64,000 bases of DNA from Macrostomum lignano (Eukaryota), in NCBI GenBank assembly GCA_002269645.1, contig NIVC01001401.1, positions 200,761-264,760 of the forward strand, written 5' to 3'. A program made the translations under genes and the position numbers. Position 1 is the first letter of the stretch; each line of letters opens with the position of its first letter. Under the pieces are notes generated by a model. The model saw only the letters and a list, made by a program, of their open reading frames with translations. It had not been told where the DNA came from and did not search any database. Of the stretch, positions 1 to 12,900 are shown piece by piece.

Positions 1-1170
1 CAACATCCTCAGATTGGAATCCAACATCCTTAGATTGGAACTGCAACATCCTCAGATTGGAACTCCAACATCCTCAGATTGGAATCCAACATCCTTAGAT
101 TGGAACTCCAACATCTTCAGATGGGAACTCCAATCCAACATCTTCAGATTGGAACTCCAACATCTTCAGATGGGAACTCCAATCCAACATCTTCAGATTG
201 GAATCCAAAATCCTCAGATTGGAACTCAAATATTCTCAGATTGGAATCCAACATCCTCAGATTGGAATCCAACATCCTCAGATTGGAATCCAACATCTTC
301 AGATGGGAACTCCAACATCCTCAGATGGGAACTCCAATCCAACATCTTCAGATGGGAACTCCAACATCCTCAGATGGGAACTCCAATCCAACATCTTCAG
401 TTTGGAATCCAACATCCTTAGATTGGAACTCCAACATCTTCAGATGGGAACTCCAATCCAACATCTTCAGATTGGAATCCAACATCCTTAGATTGAACTC
501 CAACATCTTCAGATGGGAACTCCAATCCAACATCTTCAGATTGGAATCCAACATCCTCAGATTGGAATCCAACATCTTCAGATTGGAATCCAACATCCTC
601 AGATTGGAATCCAACATCTTCAGATTGGAATCCAACATCTTCAGATTGGAATCCAACATCCTCAGATTGGAATCCAACATCCTCAGATTGGAATCCAACA
701 TCTTCAGATTGGAATCCAACATCCTCAGATTGGAATCCAACATCCTCAGATTGGAATCCAACATCCTCAGATTGGAATCCAACATCTTCAGATTGGAATC
801 CAACATCCTCAGATTGGAATCCAACATCCTCAGATTGGAATCCAACATCCTCAGATTGGAATCCAACATCCTCAGATTGGAATCCAACATCTTTAGATTG
901 GAATCCAACATCCTCAGATTGGAATCCAACATCCTCAGATTGGAATCCAACATCCTCAGATTGGAATCCAACATCCTCAGATTGGAATCCAACATCTTTA
1001 GATTGGAATCCAACATCCTCAGATTGGAATCCAACATCCTCAGATTGGAATCCAACATCCTCAGATTGGAACTCCAACATCCTCAGATTGGAATCCAACA
1101 TCCTCAGATTGGAACTCCAACATCCTCAGATTGGAATCCAACATCCTCAGATTGGAACTCCAACATCCTC
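1..1170. repeat. 21-bp minisatellite (ATTGGAATCCAACATCCTCAG)n, runs off the window start
   Basis: Direct tandem periodicity of 21 nt. The LESNILR/IGIQHPQ ORFs are translations of the unit. Confidence 0.97.
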
Positions 1171-1711
1171 TAGGATACAGTGCGTCAAATAATGGTCTAC
1201 TATAGACAATATCTAAACCTGCATAGTACACTAGCTTGACATCCTAGGTTCAAATTTGTAAACGCCGATGATAATAAATGAGCAGAGAAAAAGGCAAACA
1301 GAAAGTTGAAGCCATGCTCAGTGCAGGAATTATTTTTAGCTTTTATGACAGCCGACTCAGTGAGTGCTAAATACTCGAAACACTTTAAATTCCTACACAA
1401 CACTCTACTATGAGTAGAAAAGCACGAGTAGGCAAGGATGTATAAATATTAATGGCAAAAATGCTGAGACCATAGCTCTTACTGAAACCAGTTAGTATAA
1501 AAATGGGTGATCGCATTTCTCAATTGTTCAGCTGGTCAGGCTGGTCAGTATGTGAGGTTAGACAGGGTTATAATTAATTTATTCACCTGGGGAAGAATAC
1601 CATTCTTTTATGTACCGATGCTAATCGTGGATTTACATTCCCTCTTGTTAAATGTTAGTAAATTGAAAAAGATGCAAAACACCCCTTTATTTATACTCTA
1701 GACAGCACTGC

Positions 1712-2545
1712 TCTCGGTTCTGTCACTCCCGCCCCTAGATACTTCCCTCCCACCTTCCGTAGATACTGTCTGTCACTCCTGCCCCTAGATACTTCCCTCC
1801 CACCTTCCGTAGATACTGTCTGTCACTCCTGCCCCTAGATACTTCCCTCCCACCTTCCGTAGATACTGTCTGTCACTCCTGCCCCTAGATACTTCCCTCC
1901 CACCTTCCCTAGATACTGTCCGTCACTCTCGCCTCCCCTTTGATACGGTCAGTCCCCGCCACCCCTAGATACAGTCACTCCCCGCCACCCCTTTGATACG
2001 GTCAGTCCCCGCCACCCCTAGATACAGTCACTTCCCGCCACCCCTAGATACAGTCACTCCCCGCCACCCCTTTGATACGGTCAGTCCCCGCCACCCCTAG
2101 ATACAGTCACTTCCCGCCACCCCTAGATACAGTCACTCCCCGCCACCCCTAGACACTGTCACTCCCGCCACCCCTAGACACTGTCACTCCCGCCACCCCT
2201 AGACACAGTCACTCCCGCCACCCCTAGACACTGTCACTCCCGCCACCCCTAGATACTGTCACTCCCCGCCACCCCTAGACACTGTCACTCCCGCCACCCC
2301 TAGACACTGTCACTCCCGCCACCCCTAGACACTGTCACTCCCGCCACCCCTAGACACTGTCACTCCCGCCACCCCTAGACACTGTCACTCCCGGCCACCC
2401 CTAGACACTGTCACTCCCGCCACCCCTAGACACTGTCACTCCCGCCACCCCTAGACACAGTCACTCCCCGCCACCCCTAGACACTGTCACTCCCGCCACC
2501 CCTAGACACAGTCACTCCCGCCACCCCTAGATACTGTCACTCCCA
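1712..2545. repeat. C-rich minisatellite, ~25-bp unit CTGTCACTCCCGCCACCCCTAGACA, with longer ~47-bp variants at the left end
   Basis: Direct tandem periodicity. Confidence 0.93.
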
Positions 2546-2920
2546 GGGCACGCCACATTTTGAGAACCGTGAATAGTAAACAACGGGCAACTAGTGCACA
2601 GTGAAACAAGTATTAACAACGAAAAAAACACGCTAGAAAAAACAAGTAGATACGCAGGCGTCCAGTATGGGGAGAGGCATGACTCCCAACCCCCCAATAA
2701 ATTTTCTAATTATTCATAAAGTCCAGTCCATTTGATTTACCTGATAATTTTAAAGAAAGCGCTGTCTTGCCAACAGTCGGGTTAATAATTATTTTAATAG
2801 AAAAGGTAAATTCGAAGAAGTGCTATTGACAAGCTGGGGGAAGACTGGTATGGATTAGCTGAAGCTGCGATCGGCGTATAGGCGGTATTGAGACAGTCAC
2901 AGCTGGCATAGTGCCAACAG

Positions 2921-5900
2921 TCAGCGGATAGCTGAGTTAGCTGACAGCTGCTGATGATGATGCGGCTGCGACTGCTGTTGCTGATGCTGAAACTGCCGAT
3001 TGGCCACCTGTTGCAGTGCAGTTTTATTGCGACAGGGCAGATGCGAAACTCTTTGTTAGATAGCGTTGGACTAATTGCAGACTGGGGTAATTGGATAAAA
3101 ATATTGAATACAAATTTTGCAGCTTGGAGAGCGATTTCTATTAAAGATTTCCCAGACTTTGGGTGATTTCTGAAATAGGGAATTCCCTGGATTGGGACTT
3201 ATTCTAAAATAGGAAATTGCCTGGATTGGGACCTATTCTAAAATAGGGAATTGCCTGGATTGGGACCTATTCTAAAATAGGGAATTGCCTGGATTGGGAC
3301 CTATTCTAAAATAGGGAATTCCCTGGATTGGGACCTATTCTAAAATAGGGAATTCCCTGGATTGGGACCTATTCTAAAATAGGGAATTCCCTGGATTGGG
3401 ACCTATTCTAAAATAGGGAATTCCCTGGATTGGGACCTATTCTAAAATAGGGAATTCCCTGGATTGGGACCTATTCTAAAATAGGGAATTGCCTGGATTG
3501 GGACCTATTCTAAAATAGGGAATTGCCTGGATTGGGACCTATTCTAAAATAGGGAATTCCCTGGATTGGGACCTATTCTAAAATAGGGAATTCCCTGGAT
3601 TGGGACCTATTCTAAAATAGGGAATTCCCTGGATTGGGACCTATTCTAAAATAGGGAATTCCCTGGATTGGGACCTATTCTAAAATAGGGAATTCCCTGG
3701 ATTGGGACCTATTCTAAAATAGGGAATTGCCTGGATTGGGACCTATTCTAAAATAGGGAATTGCCTGGATTGGGACCTATTCTAAAATAGGGAATTCCCT
3801 GGATTGGGACCTATTCTAAAATAGGGAATTCCCTGGATTGGGACTTATTCTAAAATAGGGAATTCCCTGGATTGGGACCTATTCTAAAATAGGGAATTCC
3901 CTGGATTGGGACCTATTCTAAAATAGGGAATTCCCTGGATTGGGACCTATTCTAAAATAGGGAATTCCCTGGATTGGGACCTATTCTAAAATAGGGAATT
4001 CCCTGGATTGGGACCTATTCTAAAATAGGGAATTGCCTGGATTGGGACCTATTCTAAAATAGGGAATTCCCTGGATTGGGACTTATTCTAAAATAGGGAA
4101 TTGCCTGGATTGGGACCTATTCTAAAATAGGGAATTCCCTGGATTGGGACCTATTCTAAAATAGGGAATTCCCTGGATTGGGACCTATTCTAAAATAGGG
4201 AATTGCCTGGATTGGGACCTATTCTAAAATAGGGAATTCCCTGGATTGGGACTTATTCTAAAATAGGGAATTCCCTGGATTGGGACTATTCTAAAATAGG
4301 GAATTGCCTGGATTGGGACCTATTCTAAAATAGGGAATTGCCTGGATTGGGACTTATTCTAAAATAGGGAATTGCCTGGATTGGGACTATTCTAAAATAG
4401 GGAATTCCCTGGATTGGGACCTATTCTAAAATAGGGAATTGCCTGGATTGGGACTTATTCTAAAATAGGGAATTCCCTGGATATTGGAGCGATTTTTTAT
4501 AAAGAAGGGAATTCCCCAGATGGGGGCTATTTTCTAATAGGGAATTTTCCATATTGAAAGATCGGGGCGATATTTTAATATGGATTCCTAATAGGAGATT
4601 CCCTATAAAACTGTGATTGTCAATTATGGATTTTTTGGATGTGGGAGAGGGCGAATATGGGGCGTTTTGTTAATTGAGGTTGCTAAGGGAGGGATTTGTT
4701 GCAACATATTTTGTTAATTAAGTGATTGTACAAGTCATAAAGACATATATATATATATTTGATTTCGCAGGTGACAGATATCTAGGTGCATATACTAATA
4801 CTATAGTTTGAGCTCAACTGAAAAAAATTGCTTAAATATATTATGGCTTGTAACAAATAACCGCAAAAAATCGCGACGTGATCGGGACATTGTGCAACTC
4901 GGGGTGTCTGTGTGCAAATGGTGCCACAACACCCTCTGCTTATGTACGGTTATTCAAATTTGCACTCGGATGGTTTATAACAAACTTTTTGCATTGCTTG
5001 CAATTGTGCAACTTAGCAGCATAGCACTCACCGGCTCCATGTGCATGGACTGCAAATGGGAGAGGGGTGGGGCAAGGCGATATCAATTTCACTCAGTGGA
5101 CACTTGCGCTAACCCAAATACTCACAAAAATCACTCAGTGGACATTTGCGTTACCCAAATACTCACAAAGATCACTCAGTGGACATTTGCGTTACCCAAA
5201 TACTCACAAAAATCACTCAGTGGACATTTGCGTTACCCAAATACTCACAAAAATCACTCAGTGGACATTTGCGTTACCCAAATACTCACAAAGATCACTC
5301 AGTGGACATTTTCGCTACCCCAAATGCTCACAAAGATCACTCAGTAGACATTTTCGCTACCCCAAATGCTCACAAAGATCACTCAGTGGACATCTGTGTT
5401 ACCCAAATACTCCCAAAAATCACTCAGTAGACATTTGCGCTACCCCAAATGCTCACAAAGATCACTCAGTAGACATCTTCGCTACCCCAAATGCTCACAA
5501 AGATCACTCAGTGGACATCTGTGTTACCCAAATACTCCCAAAAATCACTCAGTAGACATTTGCGCTACCCCAAATGCTCACAAAGATCCCTCAGTAGACA
5601 TTTTCGCTACCCCAAATGCTCACAAAGATCACTCAGTGGACATCTGTGTTACCCAAATACTCCCAAAAATCACTCAGTAGACATTTGCGCTACCCCAAAT
5701 GCTCACAAAGATCACTCAGTAGACATTTGCGCTACCCCAAATGCTCACAAAGATCACTCAGTGGACATCTGCGTTACCCAAATGCTCACAAAGATCACTC
5801 AGTGGACATTTGTGCTACCCCAGCACACGAAAATCACTCAGTGGACATTTGCGCTAAACCAAATACTCACAAAGATCACTCGGTGGACATCTTTGCTACC

Positions 5901-8551
5901 CAAATACTCCCAAAGATCCCTCAGTGGACATTTGCGCTACCCCAAATGCTCACAAAGATCACTCAGTGGACATCTGTGTTACCCAAATACTCACAAAAAT
6001 CACTCAGTAGACATTTGCGCTACCCCAAATGCTCACAAAGATCACTCAGTAGACATTTTCGCTACCCCAAATGCTCACAAAGATCACTCAGTGGACATCT
6101 GTGTTACCCAAATACTCCCAAAAATCACTCAGTAGACATTTGCGCTACCCCAAATGCTCACAAAGATCACTCAGTAGACATTTTCGCTACCCCAAATGCT
6201 CACAAAGATCACTCAGTGGACATCTGTGTTACCCAAATACTCCCAAAAATCACTCAGTAGACATTTGCGCTACCCCAAATGCTCACAAAGATCACTCAGT
6301 AGACATTTGCGCTACCCCAAATGCTCACAAAGATCACTCAGTGGACATCTGCGTTACCCAAATGCTCACAAAGATCACTCAGTGGACATTTGTGCTACCC
6401 CAGCACACGAAAATCACTCAGTGGACATTTGCGCTAACCCAAATACTCACAAAGATCACTCGGTGGACATCTTTGCTACCCAAATACTCCCAAAGATCCC
6501 TCAGTGGACATTTGCGCTACCCCAAATGCTCACAAAGATCACTCAGTGGACATCTGTGTTACCCAAATGCTCACAAAGATCACTCAGTGGACAATTTATA
6601 AAACACTGCACTCACATTCAGCGAATTCGTGCTCCGCTTCAGCTCGGAGAAGGAGTCCCGCTGGGACCTGTGAAACACAGTTCTCACGAAGATGCCCAGC
6701 ACTTGGAGCAGATTTTTGCCAACGCACCAATCGCAGGAAACGCAGGCCAGCACCAGCAGCCAGCTGGCCGTCAGCACCATTGAGCACAGCGCCAAAAACA
6801 CCCGCAGCTGTTGATGCTCCTGCTGCTGAGGCTGCAACGGCGACTGAGAAGGCGAAACGCCTGTCGGATCGGGCGAAGGCGAGTCGGACGGTTGGGACAG
6901 GGCGATCCAGGCCACCACTAGCAGCAGGCAGCCGACGGACTGAATGCCCAGGTTGAACAGGGAGTACAGGCGGTACAGTCTCAGCTGGAATGGGTTGGAA
7001 ATTTGCGCCTTGTACTGCTTATTAGTGGCAGATGGCCTCACACTTCAGCATCCAAGTTTCGAGGAAAGCTACATAAAGGCAATTTAGGATACTCTAGCAA
7101 CAGGGATACCCTAGCAACAAGGATACCCTAACAGGGAATACCCTAGCAACAAGGATACCCTAACAAGGAATACCCTAGCAACAAGGATACCCTAACAAGG
7201 AATACCCTAGCAACAGGGAATACCCTAGCAACAGGGAATACCCTAGCAACAGGGAATACCCTAGCAACAGGGAATACCCTAGAAAAAGTGAGTCTTAAGA
7301 CTTACAAGTGGACTTCAAAAAAAAACTTTGAAAACACTCACCATTTTTTGCAGCTGAGTGTTTGCATACCACAATGCCAAACCGCTGGAAACTAGCATCT
7401 GTAATAAAAATGCACGGGGAATGTCTTACATTTTACGTCATGAAGAGATCATACGAATGCATTGATTTTACGAGAAGCTTTAAAAAAATTAACTTTCTTT
7501 CCAGTAATTCTTTATTGCGTAAAATTCGACGATAATAAATACGTACATAATTTCAACACACGTAAAATACGAAGTAAGTGACTCTTGGACGATTCTAGAA
7601 CGACGACATGTCACGGTACAAGAGAGAAGAGGAGAGGAAAGGAGAGGAGAAGAGAGAACTGAGAAGAGACGCAAACTTTGAGCGAGCCGGAGTTTGCCAA
7701 CCCTCACTTTTTGCATAAGAATCGCACACATGCTTGGGCGCAACCTTGGGATTCACTCGGCCGTTTCTATTGGCAACACACACATGTAAGTCGCTATTGG
7801 ACGGAATAGTAGTCACGTGACTGCTCTCAGCCAATAGCGACTTACATGTGTGTGTTGCCAATAGAAACGGCCGGGTGATTCCCAAAGTTGCGCAAAGTTG
7901 CCCATTCGCACATGGCATTGAAAACAACTCTATTAACTCTACTTGCGTTAGTAGAAAGTTAGACGCTAACACAACGACTCTTTTGCGACTCTTTTCCGAT
8001 TCTACAATCTACAATGCACGTGTTGCGCTCGTGACTCAACAGTCGCCTCTCCGTCGCATTGCAGTCGTTTGAGTCGTTCTTGGAGTCACCCCAGAATCGC
8101 TAGAGTCACTAGTGAGTTGTTTGCAATCACTCTTTAGACTCTTTACACTAAGACAGCAGTAGCAAATAATGGAAGCTAAGCAAGCAGCTACAGACCCGGT
8201 ACTCACGGACAGGGAGCACCAGATAGGAAAGCCGAACGCGCCTGTGACGTCAAAGGCTTGCACAGGGCGCACAGAATGGAATGCAACAACTGTAGCATTG
8301 CTGGCCCCAGCCGCTGCTCGAACTCCAACGTCGGTGGCGCCCAGCACAAAGCCAAGGACGCCTAGGATTAGCTGGGCCCAGGCTAGCGGTCTGGGCACTC
8401 TGGATCCAGTCCGGCCGCTCACCATCAGGCCGCTGTCGGCGTCCCCATCGGTGGCGTCCATTCCGCCGCTGCCAACAATGACAATGCCATCTGCAGTTGC
8501 CGGGACAGCTGGCGCGGGCTCCAGCTCCTCTGACTGTCTATGGTAGCGCAT
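2921..8551 (-). CDS. MS4A/CD20-like tetraspanning membrane protein, 5 exons, ~291 aa
   Basis: Exons 8551-8207, 7398-7342, 6984-6616, 5049-5032 and 3007-2921 are all phase 0 with GTGAGT donors and YAG acceptors. The joined product has four hydrophobic segments (LAWAQLILGVLGFVLG; GFPIWCSLSMLVSSGLAL; LFNLGIQSVGCLLLVVAWIAL; VFLALCSMVLTASWLLVLAC). The GFPIW motif resembles the MS4A GYPFW motif. The last two exons are less certain. Confidence 0.7.
3172..4480. repeat. 34-bp intronic minisatellite (CTAAAATAGGGAATTCCCTGGATTGGGACCTATT)n
   Basis: About 38 near-identical tandem units, each with the palindrome AGGGAATTCCCT. Confidence 0.97.
5087..6592. repeat. 41-42-bp intronic minisatellite (CACTCAGTGGACATTTGCGTTACCCAAATACTCACAAAAAT)n with higher-order duplication
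   Basis: Tandem periodicity. Near-identical ORF translations starting at 5491/6071 and 5616/6196 show a 580-bp higher-order repeat. Confidence 0.95.
7090..7282. repeat. 18-bp intronic minisatellite (AATACCCTAGCAACAGGG)n
   Basis: About 11 tandem units. Confidence 0.9.
7738..7893. other. Long inverted repeat / hairpin in intron 1 of the MS4A-like gene
   Basis: 7758-7800 is the perfect reverse complement of 7831-7873 (43 bp). Imperfect pairing extends ~20 bp further. The 30-nt loop contains the palindrome AGTCACGTGACT. Confidence 0.9.
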
Positions 8552-9129
8552 TGCTTCTAGAAGGGAGCAGTTGAATAAACCGGGCTACTTCTGTCCGGAT
8601 GATCCCACTGCTAACGAACTCAACTGGCTAAATATCAGTTTTCTGCCAAGTGGTGCTGCTGTTGCCGCTATGGCAACTGGGGGGATGATTTATTGACAAC
8701 TGATATGCCAGCCTTGCTGCAAACTGAGAAAGAAAACAAAATTGCTTTGAAATTTAAAATTAGATTTCACTTGTAAGCTTTACAAGCTTTGACATATAAT
8801 CTAATTGAAAGACAAATGTTCAAAATTTTGTTTTGCAAAGACATTGATAGCCATTCATTGACAAATAGAATGCATAAAAAGGCAAGAAATTAATAATGCT
8901 TAATTTTTTAATCACATAGTCTAACCAATGAGAGGTAAATCTTACTAGATAAATATTCTAAACAATATACAATAAATATAGACAATTATACACTAAAGAT
9001 GTCACTTTTTATAATGAAGGCCCTATAAGGCTATCTATTTTTGTTAAATGCATATTGACAACTTTGTCACAATATAAATCACTTAGACAGAAGACTTTAT
9101 TCATTAAAAAACAATAAACATGTCAACAT

Positions 9130-9676
9130 TAGTGATGGACCAAATGTAGATTTTTGCAAGTTTCCGAAACAGAATCCGAATGTACATAAAAAATTCTGAA
9201 TCTGAATCTGAATATCCGAATGTGCTTCCTAAAAAGTTAAAGGTAAACGGCGGGAGTAACTATGACCCCTTTTAGTGGAAGAAATGCCTCATCATCTAAT
9301 TAGTAATAGTATTAGTACTGTACATTAATTTACTGACAAGATTCAATCTATCTCAGGCTTATACTATATCTATCTAGTATCTGAATTGAATTGAACTTAG
9401 AATTGAACTTAATTGTTATATAAGAGTATCTAATCTAACTGATTTCCAATTACTAATACTAACTCACATTACATTTGTGCAATTGATAACTTTACCATGT
9501 ACAGTACACATAAAGTCCATTGCATTTGCATTTTGAAAAAAACAAAGTAATGATTCAACTTAAACAATGATTACCTAAAAATGTTTCTGCAACTTTACAA
9601 GCATAGGTTGAATGCCTCAAAGGTCCCAAAGTTGATTAACTTTACTTAATAAAACTTATATTTAGATCCATCACTA
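9130..9676. mobile_element. Non-autonomous hAT-type element (MITE) carrying a 28S rRNA fragment
   Basis: TIRs are TAGTGATGGACCAAAT and ATTTAGATCCATCACTA. The 8-bp TSD is GTCAACAT/GTCAAAAT (7/8), diagnostic of hAT. Subterminal CCGAA/CTGAAT repeats are present. Confidence 0.75.
9242..9304 (+). pseudogene. Short degenerate 28S rRNA fragment (R2 / I-PpoI target region)
   Basis: GGTAAACGGCGGGAGTAACTATGAC...AAATGCCTCATCATCTAATTAGT matches the conserved eukaryotic LSU sequence GGTAAACGGCGGGAGTAACTATGACTCTCTTAAGGTAGCCAAATGCCTCGTCATCTAATTAGT (recalled consensus). The first 25 nt are identical. Confidence 0.85.
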
Positions 9677-11342
9677 GTCAAAATGCAATACCCTATGATC
9701 ATAATTATACTATATTATACTATTATACCATATTTATGTTTATATAGTCTTAAAAAATTGTACCTATTTGGGAAAAAAGTTTTATTAGTATGGATATTCT
9801 AGGTAGTATGTATCTAAATGAAATGAAAAATTGGTCATTATAAAATATTTCCTTTTAGCTATCAACAAACAGTCTAAATAAAACATGCAATATGGTACAT
9901 TAAACTACTATTAGAAAAATAAGAATATAAAATAATCTTATTGAGGCATCTAAATTAGAGTGATTACAATTTAATTATAAATATTTTTCAAATATTAAAA
10001 AAATCTTCAAAAAAGCAATATTAGGCCTATATTATTTTCCATTTATATAAATTTATCTAATTAAATTTATTATACAGAAATGAATTCAGCTATTTAGCTT
10101 CTATTAGTTGTATATTCTGCATTTTTATTTGTAAAGATAGGATAGGATTCCAATTCTAGGATCCTAATATCCAAAAACATATTGGGATACTAAATCTGCC
10201 TAATCCCATTTTTATCTTATCTAATCTCTTATATGTTCATACTTTAGAAAACTATTATTGTTTTAAAAAAATATACAAAGCAAAGATAAAAGAGTAACAA
10301 TTCAGTGAGTGTAGAATCTAGCATATAAATTATGATAATATAATATACCCAAATTCAAATAATATGATCATTTGGATTTAAGTGAGTTTTTGGTCTATGA
10401 TATAAAGATGCATATTAGCTCAATATGCTATAGTATAGTAGAATAGATGTTAAAGTTGCATTTAAGTTAATTATTTCTTTGTATACTCAATTTTAATATG
10501 ACCATAGACTATTGCATATTGCATTATATGCAAGAAAATAGTCATCAATGATGCTGCCACTATTGATTGTGATCTATCCCAAGTGGCAACATTTAAAATA
10601 CAATTTTGGTAAGCTATTTGACTATTATAAGCTAATTTTTCTAGTGCTTATAATATACAGTTAAAGTATAGTATAGTGGGCTAACTCAATTTTATATGCA
10701 ATCATCTCCAAAAGACTATACTTGTCTTAAGTATATTGCTTTGTTTTCTTAATCCCAAATCTTATATGCTAGAAAATTCTAATATACAATGGACCTAAAA
10801 AAATCTTGGCATATATAATAATATCTTGTATACCATAATAGCTATACCATGATAAATTGTGCAACTGTGCTAGCATATGGTGTTGCCATATTTGGTGTAC
10901 AAAAAAATTACTTTTAAGTTTTAAAATATATGTTTTATAGAAAATAATAAAACAAAATAAAAATAATCAATGCTATACAACAATAATTATTTATTTACTA
11001 AAAAGTTTTACTGATTTAAAAAACTAAAATTTTAGAACCTAAAATGAGCTAAAAGCAAAAATTTTTATAATTAAAATTTCAGCTAAAATTTGATATAGTG
11101 AAGCAATTTCATTCTGGCATAGATATCATATGCAAAATATTTTCTAACATATAGACCTAAACTTGAATTTATGACATAAGGGGTCATTTTTTGGTATAGA
11201 CCTTTTATGTAATAGATTTGAGGTTAAGCCAAGGATATGGCTTTGTTTGATAAAAAGTATAAGCAGAGCAAGCAACAAATACAAGTAGCAAAAAAAAGTT
11301 GAAAAAACAATGACCTCTACTAATACTAAAACTCTAGGAATG

Positions 11343-11347
11343 TTTGT

Positions 11348-11390
<43 letters not shown>

Positions 11391-11398
11391 GTGTGTGT
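11343..11398. repeat. (TG)n microsatellite
   Basis: Direct. Confidence 0.95.
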
Positions 11399-12329
11399 TG
11401 CAAGTGAACTCCTACAATATTGGCAAGTCAGCGTCGAAACTTATGTTAGGGCCTATTTATAATCCCAGAAGAGTCTACTGAGCTGCATTGCTTAGCTTAG
11501 CATTGCAAGCAACTTTCTATTAAAAATACTTAATTTTTTTGACAAATTCTTATTCTTATAATCTTATTGTCTTTACTTTTTAGCAGGTAAGCTGCCTTTA
11601 TTGCCCCCAGTGACCCAGTCAGGAATTAACTTTTAATATGCCGATTTATATCTACTACAATAAGAAAAAGAAATTAAAGTGACTGGATATAGTGAAAATG
11701 GCGAAACTATTTTTTGCAAATAGCGTCAGTCATGCATTTTTGGCCTAGCTCGAACACCGAACCCGAAACCAAGGCGAAGGCTGACTTTAGGCTTTGCAAG
11801 AATTGTTGCAGTTTTATCAAATTAACATTAGGTTGACAGGTAAAAATCGTTGAAACTCTTGTATAATGAGGTTCATAATATATTCAGTCATATTTATACA
11901 GCAATCAGCATGTTTAGTTATGCTTAGATTCGGCCTGAATATCAGAGCAGTAAGAGTTTGAGTGAACACCTCTTTCTTGGGAAAAAAAGAGAAATTCAGC
12001 GATTTTAAATAGGCGCAAAGTTTATTCAGAAGCCTAACAAATGCGTTTAATTTCTATTTCCGAATTTTAAATCTAATGTTTAAAATGTTTACATGTTGCA
12101 AAAATATAAATTAGTTTTGAGTGTTTAATACACTTTTTATTATATAAGTTATGCATCCGTACAAGCGAATTGTAAATTTTTGCCAACTCCACGACGACTT
12201 ATAAGACTTTACCACAACTTGAATTGAATGGTCATCGGATTGGCTCACCAATCACCATCAATAACTGCCGGTGGACTGTCATTGCAATAGTAGTAATTGA
12301 AGAATTGATTATTGTTCAATACTACATGT

Positions 12330-12900
12330 AAAATTGCAACTTCTTTCCAGAAGTGGAATGTGATGGGGTCGAATGAGGGCCTGAGCAAGGACCACTGTAT
12401 ATGGTCGACGAAACGCAGACTTCTCGCCTGACCAAGCCGCCGCTGCCCTAGAAGGAATAGCAGCAGCACATCATGCAGTGGCTCAGGGCAGTACTGCTCT
12501 GCTCTCGGATGACGTGGCCGGCCAGCTGTGTGGGCGCCGGATGCGCAGCAGCAGGCTGGGTCGGGAGATCGCTGGCCCGACGGTATAAAAATCTCGTCAT
12601 TGCTGGTATTGGTGATGGCGGTCGGCGAGTAGTGGACACCGAAAGCGGCTTACAGAAGTCCAGCGTGAGGGGCGTCGAGTTGCCGCTCCTGGCCGGCCGG
12701 TCAGTGTCCACGTTTCAGCATTGTAGAGGAGGACGGTTTCTATATGACTGCCTGGAACAGCCGCCCTCTCAGCCGATCCGGCAACTCGGGGCACTGCAGG
12801 ACAGTCCAGTCCGCACGGTGCGAAATGCGCCCCAGGCAAGCGCTCTGCGCCGTGCCATGTCGTCCATGATGCTTGGCACTAGACCGCCGAGGTAGATTAA
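12330..12900 (-). mobile_element. Degenerate non-LTR retrotransposon (RTE-like) 3' fragment
   Basis: Frameshifted peptides LPDRLRGRLFQAVI / ETVLLYNAETWTLT / QLAGHVIR match the post-RT region of RTE-type ORFs (xSVLLYxxETWTL ... GHVxR). Confidence 0.75.

Noticed and set aside
79-1173. Long repetitive ORFs ([33 protein letters not shown] and similar)
   Set aside because: These are translations of stop-free tandem units, open in several frames or strands, and mostly inside introns of conserved genes.
1200-1701. Short ORFs between the first two arrays as exons of another gene
   Set aside because: AT-rich, with early stops after candidate acceptors and no recognisable motifs.
9242-9304. Functional rRNA gene
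   Set aside because: Only ~63 nt, mutated, with no flanking rDNA. Reported as a fragment instead.
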